Source: Paraspadella gotoi (taxonomy: Eukaryota > Animalia > Chaetognatha). Taken from it: DNA of 59,747 nt. Every line of letters starts with the position of its first letter. Position 1 is the stretch's first letter. Shown piece by piece: positions 40,000-51,838 of this stretch. The stretch lies in assembly GCA_051294375.1 (NCBI GenBank), contig JBJCIZ010000044.1, positions 1 through 59,747 on the forward strand, written 5' to 3'. Below the pieces are notes generated by a model. That model had not been told where the DNA came from, did no database searches, and saw nothing but the letters and a program-made list of their open reading frames with translations. The translations under genes were made by a program, and so were the position numbers.

Positions 40000-42900
40000 G
40001 TGAATCAAGAAAAGTCAAACTTGCTGAGTTAAAATAGACAGAAAATCCGACCAATAAGAAGCGGGTATCAGTGATTCTCTGAAATTGAATTGAAACAGAG
40101 AGTGCAGAAGTAGCTAAGATGAAAAACGCTGGTGTGATTAGAAGGATAATAAGGTTGAAGGACTAGAGAGGCATATAATACATATTATGATTTACTATTA
40201 ACGTTCCCGATTTATTTGTTGCTGAATAGGGAAAATGATTACAAATTTTATTATCGTTACAACAGATAAACAACAACTAACACTTCTCCGGGATTAGCTA
40301 ATATGTACACACTGTAATAGTGTGGTTATGATCTTACTGTTTGGTGTTGAGGTGGGAAGGGGGAAAAAAAGGAGGAAAGAGAGGATGGCGAAGAATAAAG
40401 AAAGAAAAAAGAGCGATGGCGCTTTTGTCTTTTCCTTTGGCGTTCACTTTGAGAGGCGGATTTTTTTCTTTTTTTTTTTTTGCGATGGAGAGAAAAAGTT
40501 TTTTTTGTGAAATATTAGTTAAAAGTTAGTTTTTTTTGCGCGAGGAAAATAATAAAAAAATTAGGATGAAAAAAAATTAAGATTAGGAAAGATGGAAGAA
40601 AAAAAAATTAGGGAGAGTTGGGAGAGTTTGCCGGTTAGCCAGTTAGTCGGTAGAGCAGGGAAACTTAATCCTGGGGAAGGTTAAACCTTGGGGAGAGACC
40701 TGATTGGGCGTCACTGGGAAGATGGGTATCTAGCTAAAGGTAGGTACTATCTAGTCTCTCATCAGGGAAAAGAGGTAGGAAGGGTAAGGAATATATTGGT
40801 AATGGGTAAATAGCTACAACAAAGGGAACAAGGGTACATAAATAGGAGTGAAGGGAGAGGGAAAGTTTTCAGACCCCGAGACCGAGAGGAGAAGTTGAGA
40901 GAGTCTGTCCGATCTCCAAGACTCTATCCATGACTCCAGGGATGAAGAGGAGGGGACGACGAGGGGAGGAGGAGGCGTTGAGAGGGGGAAGAGAAGGCCC
41001 GGGGGAGAGAGAGGTTCTGGCGGTAAGGTGAGCCTCTATCTTGGATCTCCATTGACAGGATCAAGCCAGCAACAACAGAACCGGATGTCCAACCAACACC
41101 TCCAGCAGCCCCAAGAAGAGGACGACCACCAGCAGCAACAGGCAAGTCATTTCCTAGGGGGGAAGGTCAGACAAATAATAGAACAAGAGTTGGCTCAGAG
41201 GCCGACTCCACTCATTCCCAACATTTTAACCCTCAGTGGCCCAACATAAGACGTCAACAAGAACCTCCACAGCACCACAACACCACCACGACAACAATCC
41301 ACTCAACAACCAACACGACTCCAACCTCAGAGACAAGCACGTGCAGACATACCATCGTCTGGTTCTGGAAGGACTAGATATATATTGTATTAGATGTTTA
41401 AGATCTATCAGTCATTCGCGATGATCCGTGATGTAGATATCGGTTATCAGACAAGTATCACCAAATCAAGTCTACCAGTTGGTCCACTAGTTACAGATAA
41501 TCACAACTGGACCAACAAGCAAAGTAATCATACACAGCTGGTTAATTATTCACCATATATAACCAAAGTTGCCTAACACAAGCAATCCATCATAACAACT
41601 TTGACCAAACAAATCATTTTTCCTATCTTCCCTACTTCCTTTTTGGTAAAATTATTTTCCCAAACATCTTTTTTTTTTTTTTTTTGAAGAGATATATGTA
41701 AATATTTATTGTAGAAGACAGAGCCCTTTTTAGTGAGGAGATCCCCCAATTAGTTTCTTAACACTTATTGTTTGCCCAAAATAATAGCCCCCAAGGGAAA
41801 ACAAATATGTAAAGTACTTGTGTCCTTAACTAGTAGTACAAGTCACCTACAACTGTTAAATAGGGTCAGTTCGAACCCATAAAGGCACAGGAAACATATG
41901 AGGGGTGGAGAGAGACGACTATACCACCGAGTCTCAGTCACTCGTAAAACCCTTACACTCCACTCTTTCTCCGAGCCGGATCTAATGTCCAGCAAGGACT
42001 TTGCCTAGCTTTGGAAAAGTGACCTTTTGATTGACCGGACACAGTAATATGGGCCCAAGGCGAGCACGTAAGTCAAGTTAGTCGCGGCGATGAATAGTAA
42101 AGATGATCAGGAGAGAGCTCGCTTCACTTCTTTCTACTTCTCTTACATCGTCACAATTCTTCACCTTCTTCTCACTTTATTATTACTATTTTCGTCTTCT
42201 CCAGTACTATCCTTATAAATCGAAAAATTTCAAAATAGGCTTTCTTAATTTTGATTGCAGATTTGAATTCCTCGTCAAAAGTTGATAAAAGAACATATAA
42301 GTCATTTTTGAAAATTCTTTCATTAAGTGGGTTAAAAATTTAAAAAAACTATATTAATATATAAAAAGTAAATTTTCAGCTTAAAAATATAGCTTTTTTT
42401 AATTTTGACCCACTTAATGAAGGAATTTTTCTAAAAGAGTTATATTTCTTTTTATCAACTTTTTATGACGAATCCAACATCTGTAATAAAAATCTTAGAA
42501 AAAAACTAGTTTGAAATTTTAACATTATTGGATTAGTACTAGTATAAAATATGGCCTACTGCGTAAATTGTAAAAATTTATTATAAATTTTTATCTACAT
42601 AAATGTTTATTAGTATAATGTTGTTCGTTCCTCACTTTTAGAATTTTAATCAAAGTTAAATTTTAGGAATTTACTACGCCTTACTTGATACCCTCTGTAT
42701 AGCTACTTCCTATTACCATTACTATTACTATCCATTACTATTACTATTACCTTACTTACCTCTTTTCCTGATGAGAGACTAGTTAGAACCTACCTTAGCT
42801 AGATACCCATCTTCCCAGTGACGCCCAATCAGGCCTCTCCCCAAGGGTTAACCTTCCCCAGGATTACGTTTCCTGCTCGACCGACTAAGCAACTAACCGG

Positions 42901-45690
42901 CTGGAGCNNNNNNNNNNNNNNNNNNNNNNNNNCCCGTGAATCAGAAAAGTCGACACTGCTGAGTTAAAATAGAACAGAAATCCGAAATAAGAAGGGGATC
43001 AGTGATCTCTGAAAATTGAATTTGAAAGATGAATAGCTAAGATGAAAACGCTGGGTGTAATAGAGGGATATAAGGTGAAGGACTAGAGAGGATATATACA
43101 TTAGATATCATTAACGTCCGGATTATTTTGCTGAAAGGGAAAATGATTACGATTTTATTATGTAACAGTACAACACTAAATGTCCCGGATTAGCTAAAGT
43201 AAAGAATAGTGGGTTAGTGATCTTACTGCTTTGTTTGTGAGGTGGGCGATGGGTCTTTTGTCTTTTCTTTGGCGTTCACTTTGAGAGGCGGATTTTTTTC
43301 TTTTTTTTTTTTGCGATAGAGAGAGAAAAGTTTTTTTTGTGAAATATTAGTTAAAAGTTAGTTTTTTTTGCGCGAGGAAAATAATAAAAAAATTAGGATG
43401 AAAAAAATTAAGATTAGGAAAGATGGAAGAAAAAAAAATTAGGGAGAGTTGGGAGAGTTTGCCGGTTAGCAGTTAGTCGGTAGAGCAGGGAAACTTAATC
43501 CTGGGGAGGTTAAACCTTGGGAGAGACTCTGATTGGGCGTCACTGGGAAGATGGGTATCTAGCTAAAGGTAGGTACTATCTAGTCTCTCATCAGGGAAAA
43601 GAGGTAGGAAGGGTAAGGAATATATTGGTAATGGGTAAATAGCTACAACAAAGGGAACAAGGGTACATAAATAGGAGTGAAGGGAGAGGGAAAAGTTTTC
43701 AGACCCCGAGACCCGAGAGGAGAAGTTGAGAGAGTCCTGTCCATCTGCCAAGACTCTATCCATGACTCCGAGGGATGAAGAGGAGGGGACGACGAGGGAG
43801 GAGGAGGCGTTGAGAGGGGAGAGAAGGCCCGGGGGAGAGAGGGCTGGCGGTAAGGTGAGCCTCTATCTTGGATCTCCATTGACAGGATCAAGGCCAGCAA
43901 CAACAGAACCGGATGTCCAACCAAAACACCTCCAGCAGCCCCAAGAAGAGGACGACCCACCAGCAGCACAGGCAAGTCATTTCCTAGGGGGGAAGGTCAG
44001 ACAAATAATAGAACAAGAGTTGGCTCAGAGGCCGACTCCACTCATTCCAACATTTTAACCCTCAGTGGCCCAACATAAGACGTCAACAAGAACCTCCACA
44101 GCACCACAACACCACCACGACAACAATCCACTCAACAACCAACACGACTCCAACCTCAGAGACAAGCACGTGCAAGACAATACCATCGTCTGGGTTCTGA
44201 AGGACTAGATATATATTGTATTAGATGTTTAAGATCTATCAGTCATTCGCGTGATCCGTGATTGTTAGATAATCGGTTATCAGCACTACACCAAATCATT
44301 ACCAGTTGGTCACTGTTACGATTAATCACAACTTGCCTAAAGCAAGTAATCATCAACAGCTGGTTATTTTCACCATATTAACCAAAGCTTGCCTAACAGC
44401 AAGCAATCATCATAATACACTTTGACCAAACAAATCATTTTTCCTATCTCCTACTTCCTTTTTGTAAAATTTTTCCCAAAAATCTTTTTTTTTTTTTTTG
44501 GGAAGAGATATATGTAAATATCTTATTGTAAGAAGACAACCCTTTTTAGTGGGTCCCCCCAATTGTTTTCTCTAGACCTTATTGTTTGCCCAAATATCTC
44601 CCCAAGGAGAAACAATATTGTAAAGTACTTTGTTCCTTAACTAGTAGTACAAGTCACTCAACTGTAAATAGGGTCAGTTCGAACCCTAAGGTCCGAACTT
44701 GAGGGGGGGATGAGGCGACTTACCACCGGTCTCTCTCTCTAAACCCTTCCTCTCTCCTCTTTCTCCGAGCCGGTCTATTCCACACGGCACTTTGCCCTAG
44801 CTTTGGCAATGACCTTTTGATTGACCGGACACAGTAATAGGGCCGAGGCGACCGTAAGGTCAAGTTGGTCCGGGCGATGATAAAAGTGGAATCAGGAGAG
44901 AGCTCGCTTCACTTCTTTTCTACTTCTCTTACATCGTCACAATTCTTCACCTTCTTCTCACTTTTATTATTACTATTTTCGTCTTCTCCAGTACTATCCT
45001 TATAAAATCGAAAAATTTCAAAATAGGCTTTCTTAATTTTTGATTGCAGATTTGAATTCCTCGTCAAAAGTTGATAAAAGAACATATAAGTCATTTTTGA
45101 AAATTCTTTCATTAAGTGGGTTAAAAATTTAAAAAAACTATATTTAATATATAAAAAATAAATTTTCAGCTTAAAATATAGCTTTTTTCTAATTTTTGAC
45201 CCACTTAATGAAGGAATTTTTCTAAAAGAGTTATATTTCTTTTAATCAACTTTTATGACGAATCCAAATCTGTAATAAAATCTTAGAAAAAAACTGTTTT
45301 GAAATTTTAACATTTATTGGATTAGTACTAGTATAAAATATGGCCTACTGCGTAAATTGTAAAATTTATTATAAATTTTTTTATTACATAAATGTTTATT
45401 AGTATAATGTTGTTCGTTCCTCACTTTTAGAATTTTAATCAAAGTTAAATTTTAGGAATTTTACTACGCCTTACTTGATACCCTCTGTATAGCTACTTTC
45501 CTATTACCATTACTATTACCATTACTATTACCCTACTTACCTCTTTTTACCTGATGAGAGACTAGTTAGAACCTACCTTTAGCTAGATACCCCATCTTCC
45601 CAGTGACGCCCAATCAGGCCTCTCCCCAAGGATTAACCTTCCCCAGGATTAGTTTCCTGCTCGACCGACTAAGCAACTAACCGGCTGGAG
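40000..45690. repeat. ~2.8-kb tandem duplication (40000-42907 / 42933-45690) separated by an N-gap
   Basis: Colinear copies differing mostly by small indels; may be an assembly duplication. Confidence 0.85.
42203..42540. mobile_element. Palindromic MITE (second copy ~44990-45329)
   Basis: Arms agtact...cattaagtgggttaaaaatt and aattttgacccacttaatg...agtact are imperfect reverse complements around a short spacer. Confidence 0.65.
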
Positions 45691-48600
45691 CCGAGACAAA
45701 ATTAGGTCGGCTCCACATCCCTGCTCTCTTTACAATCCCATTTCTTTCTATTTCACAGTTTTGAATCAATTTTTCCATTTTCATACTTTCAATATTTTAA
45801 CACACCATTTCGGATTTTATTAATTCACTATTTCAACTCTCTATTTCAATCTTCATACACTTACTATTTTAACTCACCATTTCGACTTTTCTTTTATTCA
45901 CGAATTCAACAAACCATTTTGATTTTCATTGAATCACTATTTTTACTCACCATTTCAATTTTTATTATTTTATTATTTATTATCAATTTCGATATTTCCT
46001 CCTAAAAACTACCATCTCTCTCTCTTTACTAAGCCTTTCATCTTTCACAATTTCTTTGCTGCCGCACTGATTCCCCCCCTCTCTCTCACCGATGGATCAC
46101 GCATTCCTTTACTAACCCTCCCCTCCTTGACCCGTGAGCCGATCCTCGATCCTCGATCCTCGATCTCAGCATCTTTTCTCGCTCCTTTTTCTTCAATCGC
46201 TGTTCTTCCCGGCCTCCTCTCTCTCCTTCTCTCTACGCCTCTAGTTCCTCATCTTTTCCTTACTCGAGAAAGCAGCTGCACCGATGTTTCCAGGCTTTGA
46301 CCAAAGACGGTCGAGGGTGTAAAACCACCCTCCCGCTACCTTTGACCTCTAAACACCATCCCCCTCACTCGATGCTAACCCCCTCTCTCTTTCATTTTGA
46401 CTTCCAAAAATTATAAAATTAAACCGTTCAAAAACAACCGACGTTATAAACGAGCTGAGATTAAGAGAGAGAGAATAATGACCCTAAAAATGATTCTACA
46501 TGCAATTTCTGCACGGGATTGCCAGGTGAGCAGACAGAATGTCAGAAATTTGATGTTTTGATCTAATTGATTTACTGACAAGATTTTTGGGTGGGACTGA
46601 TTGACCGACAAAGTGGATTATATAGTTGGATTCTGCAATAAGCAGATTCATCTAAAAATCCAATTTTTGAGATCAATATTTTACTAACATTTGGTGTCAT
46701 TCCCAAGCAGAAAAGGCAAGCATTTATGGATGGATGACATTTATTTGGATCTTCACAACCCTCTTTAATGCCAAATAAAATTTTAGATCTGTTCAGCTGG
46801 TTAGTAATTAAAAAAATGAAAAAAATTCGGCCTATCCAAAAAAAAAGAAAAGACGATATTAACAAAAAATATATAAACTGATTGTTACAATTTTGTTATT
46901 AAAATTAATAATAAACTTTTTGATTTGCCCATCAATAAAACTCTTTGTATTAGAAAGATCAATACTGCAGTACAAAGTTGTTGTTCTATTGATTTTTTAT
47001 ACAAATATAGAACCTAATTCTAAACTCGATCCCAAACCTTTTTTCATAATTGTTTTATTATTTTGGATAGAGAATTACGGAGATAATGTAAATCTTAAGT
47101 TACGTCTAAATTGGCCCATGGGTTTAGAAGAAATCGACCAAAAACAACCAAAATTTCTCTCCCTTTTTTCAACATTTTTGCCTTTTAAGATTTTCGCCGA
47201 TTCTTAATTTAAGAAACTTAAAATATTTTTAAGGCTTTATTTTCTGTTCTATTTATATATATTTATACTTCTGATGATTTAAAATAAATCATAATTTTTT
47301 AATTTTTTCATCATGTTTCTAATGGCAAGCAAAGACTGAATCAATATGTACAAACAGAAACAGGATATCTCAGTAGAAATTATAGTCCACAAAACTACAA
47401 TAAATTTATATTTTATTCTTTCTCTGTCCTAACTCTGTTTAGCATTATTATTCAATCTACCAACATCACCATTCCATCTTATATTTAAATTGTCATCGTT
47501 ATATTTTAATTTAAGGCCTGGGATCATTCAAACAAGAATTGCATAAAGCTTTGTACAATCTATTATTATGTCAAAGAAAGTGTATTCCCTTCACGTTTCA
47601 AAAAAAAAACTCTATATTGATTAAGGTTCAGCTTCAAGAGGCAAACTAAAAATCGGGCAATTTTTTTTATTCAGTAAACCTTAAAAATTTCATCCAACAC
47701 GTAAAGTCATTTTTAAACGCAAATTTTTTAATTTTTTTTTCAATAACAGCACCTACCTCAGTGTAATACTAAACAACTAAAAACCAAGTCATTCCAATTA
47801 TGTTATAGAATCAATTAATGATGAAAACATAAACTGTTATGTAGAGAGAGAGCAGAACGCTTATATAAGGATGTCTATTATCATTTTATTACAAAAAAAG
47901 AATGATTAAAAATTGTTTAAAATTGTAAAATTCAAAGACATTCGTCCCCTGGCATCTGAAGTTAGGGTCCACTTTTGATAACAACCCTCAATGGTGCCAT
48001 AGACTGCCACAGATTCCCACAGACGGACCAGCCTCATTCTCTGCTTTTAACATTAATTTCTGTTCCCCAGGTTCAAAAACTGGTTCAAAACAAGACTGAG
48101 AAAAAGATAAATAAAACACTTTGCAGCATTCCTCCTTGTTACTGCTGCTTTCCCCAGCCACAGCCATTTGTTAATAAAAAAAAATTGTGACAAAATTTGG
48201 AAAACTTTAAAGATTGGTAAAGCAATCTGTAACACGAACTCAACTAAGAAAGAAAGAAAGAGAGAGAAAGATGGGGGCCGTCGCCGTTCACGCTTCAATT
48301 GTCGCCGACCAAGAGCGGCCGGCCCCGCCCCCCCCCCGATGAGGAGGAAGGGAGAGGAAAATCCTCCTTAAAGCTAAACTCCGGTGACAGGAAAGATGGA
48401 AAGGAGGAAACAAAGGAAGAGAGGGTATATAAGGCACGGCGGAAAGAGAAGGAGGACACAAGCCACCAGAAGTGAAAATAAAAATAGGACTTCTGTCCAA
48501 AACTCAAAAACATAAGAATAAAGTTTATTGCATCCTGATATTAACTGTCAAAACTTTTGTAAACTTTCTGTTGTCAAAGAAATAAAACCAAATAACCTCA

Positions 48601-49029
48601 CACGAATTTTTCTTCTAAACAACTACAAAAATCGAGATCGAATTCTCTAAGCTAGCGAGTTGTTTGTAGCGTTACATGCTACAAAATTGGCGACCTTGCC
48701 AGGATTGTGGCGAACGCAACTCGCACTCTGGCTCCTGAGGAGACCAGCCTTCTCTGCGCTTCCATCATTAATTCCATCCTCGTTCTTGTGGAGATTTTTC
48801 TGGCGGGTCTGCNNNNNNNNNNNNNNNNNNNNNNNNNNNNNNNNNNNNNNNNNNNNNNNNNNNNNNNNNNNNNNNNNNNNNNNNNNNNNNNNNNNNNNNN
48901 NNNNNNNNNNNNCCTGAACCGGCTTCGCCGGTCATGGCTTGATAAAAAATTTGTAAAAACAAAGAAACACAGAAAAGAAAGAGGGGGAAGCAGGGAAAGA
49001 GAGAGCGCAAGAGGTACATGAGAAGACGT

Positions 49030-50555
49030 TGGTCCCTTGGAGGTCGCTCCAGATCACGGTGAAGAGAAAAATGATGACGTTGACCGGGAAAACGTAAGAA
49101 AGACGGAGATTTCGCCGGAGAGTCGCCGAGAGAGGTTGAAGTCGGGAGAGGTAATTTTTGTTTTGTTTTTATTTTCATGATTCGGGTGTCCGTATGAAGG
49201 GGAGAGAGAGAGGGAGAGCGTGGGATGGAGGGGGGGAGGAGAGTAATGAGAGAGAGGCGCCATCGCTATCGCTATCGCCAGCGCCGTATTCGTCGCCATC
49301 GTCGTCGTCGCCATCGTCATCGTCATTGTCGTCGCCATCGTCGTCGCCGTTACGTCTCGGTTCGTAAGACCTAAAGGCAGTCTCTGTACCTAACTGGAGA
49401 GTAAAATTGAGAATTGTTTAAATATGTTATTGTGACATTTCTAAATGTCGATCCTTATTTAACTTCTTTTTTTTTAACACTGAAAGTGAGTTTGACTAAA
49501 TCATTGTATTGGGGTTTATTAAAATAATTTTTTTTGCTTTTTTTTTAAAGTGAACATTCGTCAAGGAACAAGGCAAAAAACGGGGGTAACTAAGTTTGTT
49601 TTCATACATTAAATCATACAACTTGATTTTTTTTAATACTCAACAATACTTCATATAAAGTGTACTGTAGATTCTATGGATGATGGTTGAACCAATGACT
49701 CGTCTTTCGTTCCTAGGAAATGAGTCCAGCAGGAGAAAATACCTGAAGCTAAGAGATTTAATTAGTAAAAGTTCAGGACTTTAGGGAATCATATATCAAA
49801 ATCAATTAAAATATCAAATAATCAGAATTAATAAAGGAAAGGGACAACGGAAAATCAAGTTAGCCTGGGAGTCGGAAAGTGAAGCAGAGACGCAAAATAT
49901 TAATTTTTTTGCGTATAAAAAGTTAGATCTCAGACACAGTAGAGATTTAGGACAAGTGGTGGTTTCAGTAAAGGGAGCAAGTTTTAATGACACAGCCATA
50001 ACGAGACTTAGAAGACGCTTTTAAGGGTATGATTTGGAGTTTGATTTGGTAAGATTTTGGGTTTTTTTTTTGAGTTGTCGAGCTTTGAGTTTTTGTTTTG
50101 AGATTTGGGTTTTGTTGGCATTCATCATATTTTGAAGCATCAAAAGGGGAAAGGCAATCCTCTGGTTTAGTATTTGGAGTAATCATTGTGATTCATGCTC
50201 ACCTATTTCTTTCATTCCACGTTGGTTAATTTGTTATTTCAACACGAAGGTTTCTATGAATTTTGTAGATCCCACTTAAGGGTAGCAATTGATATTTTCC
50301 ATTAAATATCTTTGGGTAAGGCTTTAAATTTCTTCCCAGGTTTTCACAACAAATGTAGTTCATTCTTTTAATGTGGTTTCTGACATGAAAGGGTCTTGTA
50401 TCTTGTATCCCATTGATCTATTCTGGACTCATACGCGCCTACTATTTTGTCTATTAGAACCTTTTCTATTTCTCAACCCTGTTTTCTATGTTTGAAATAG
50501 ATTGGGAAACAACGTCGTGCCAGGGAGCTTCTCTATTGAAGAACAATATGAATGG
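49030..50555. repeat. Third, internally deleted copy of the composite repeat unit
   Basis: Colinear with 35870-37147 then jumps to the 38540-38735 equivalent, with the same junction as 26095-26105. Confidence 0.85.
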
Positions 50556-50997
50556 TGAAAACGCTGTCGGATCAGCGACACGACACGGAGAAAAGATTTC
50601 GCCTCAACGCTCATTGGCGGATCAAGCGAAAACTAACGAATCAGAGATCGACAAAAAATAGCACAGACTAAAAGAGTTTACATTTTATGAAAATTGAAAA
50701 CGTTTTTTGATGATTGCTTGTGAAATACTTAATGTCAATTACGATCATTGTATTATTAGATTCTACAAATTGTACCTTTATTCGATATGTATTTTCACAA
50801 TGTTTATTGCATTTATCAATTCATAAACATTCTATTTGTATGCTTTAAAATAGCAAACGGATCCGGTGTAGGGTGAAAATACCAAGTGCTTTCGATCAGG
50901 TCCGATCGCGAATAAATAAACATTGTATTTTTGTCAATTGTCGCTGGTATTATATTTCGATAATAAACTTTACGTCTACATAAAAAGTGCCCTTTAA

Positions 50998-51011
50998 TGG
51001 TGAGCCCGACG
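50998..51011 (+). promoter_or_regulatory. Primer-binding site, tRNA-Trp-like
   Basis: TGGTGAGCCCGACG differs at one base from the canonical tRNA-Trp PBS TGGTGACCCCGACG; same sequence at 26735. Confidence 0.75.
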
Positions 51012-51831
51012 AAGAATAATTATTTTTCTACCTTCTGATTCCAGGTTTTTTTAAAACCGTGAACGGAGGTCTGTCTAAAAGATCGTCTAAGGGAGCATCT
51101 CTCTTCTTTCTTCCGCCATGGCCTCGCTTCAACGCCTTCGACGTCGGCCGTGTCCGTCAACTCCCGGATTTCTGGACAAACGACGCCGACCTTTGGTTTT
51201 CCGCGCAGCAGTCCCAACTGCCGTCAAGAACTCTCGGCTTCCCTTACGAAGTACCACCACGTCGTCACGGCTTGAACGAGGAGGTGCACGGAAGATACGG
51301 AGTTTTTTCTCGACGACCCGGAGGCAAAGCCACGTCCCTACGAAGCCCTCAAGCACGCCTGCTCGAGGCTTACAAGCCAACGAAAGCGGAAAGGGCGGAG
51401 AAATTATTTCCTCAACAAATCTCGGCGGCAAACATCCCCGTGATTTTCCACGAGTATTTCGGCTCTCGCTGAAGGTCTGGATTCGACGACTTACTGCGGG
51501 CACTGACGCTGAAGCCCTCCCCGAAAGTCGCAGTCGTCGTCACGCAGACCCCCGGCGGTGCCGGGGAACTCGCCAAGGCGGCGGCGATTTATTTCGACGC
51601 AGATGGCCATCCATTGGTCAATGAAGTTGCAGATTCTCGTCGAAGCACCGGCGCGGCCCCACCGTTGCCCGGCGTCAGAGGTCTGACGGCGGAGGAATGC
51701 CCGGACTGTTGCGCGGCCTCCGCGGCCGGTATGGATATGTGTTGGTACCACCGCAAGTTTGGAGAAGGGGCGCGACGCTGCAAACCGCCGTGCACACACA
51801 AGACCGGCGACAAAAAGAAGAAGAACCGGCC

Positions 51832-51838
51832 GGGAAAC
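51832..51838 (+). promoter_or_regulatory. -1 ribosomal frameshift slippery heptamer G GGA AAC
   Basis: In the gag frame (CCG GGA AAC, ...RPGNA) with pol in the -1 frame starting GGG AAA CGC; downstream structure obscured by an N-gap. Confidence 0.7.

Larger units (their letters stand above)
39600..46290. repeat. Nested long inverted-repeat (foldback) structure
   Basis: 39600-40050 is the reverse complement of ~45860-46290; 40631-40780 pairs with 42755-42900 and 43462-43610 with 45535-45684. Confidence 0.8.

Noticed and set aside
41862-41878. B-box-like GTTCGAACCC suggesting tRNA/SINE
   Set aside because: No A-box at suitable spacing and no cloverleaf.
42765-42795. CTGATGAG as hammerhead ribozyme core (also a CTGTGAG...GAAA on the minus strand near 56650-56675)
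   Set aside because: No properly paired stem II followed by GAAA and no stems I/III.
46480-48811. Possible host exons and a GC-box/TATA promoter near 48320-48430
   Set aside because: Could not assemble a stop-free spliced model or recognise a product.
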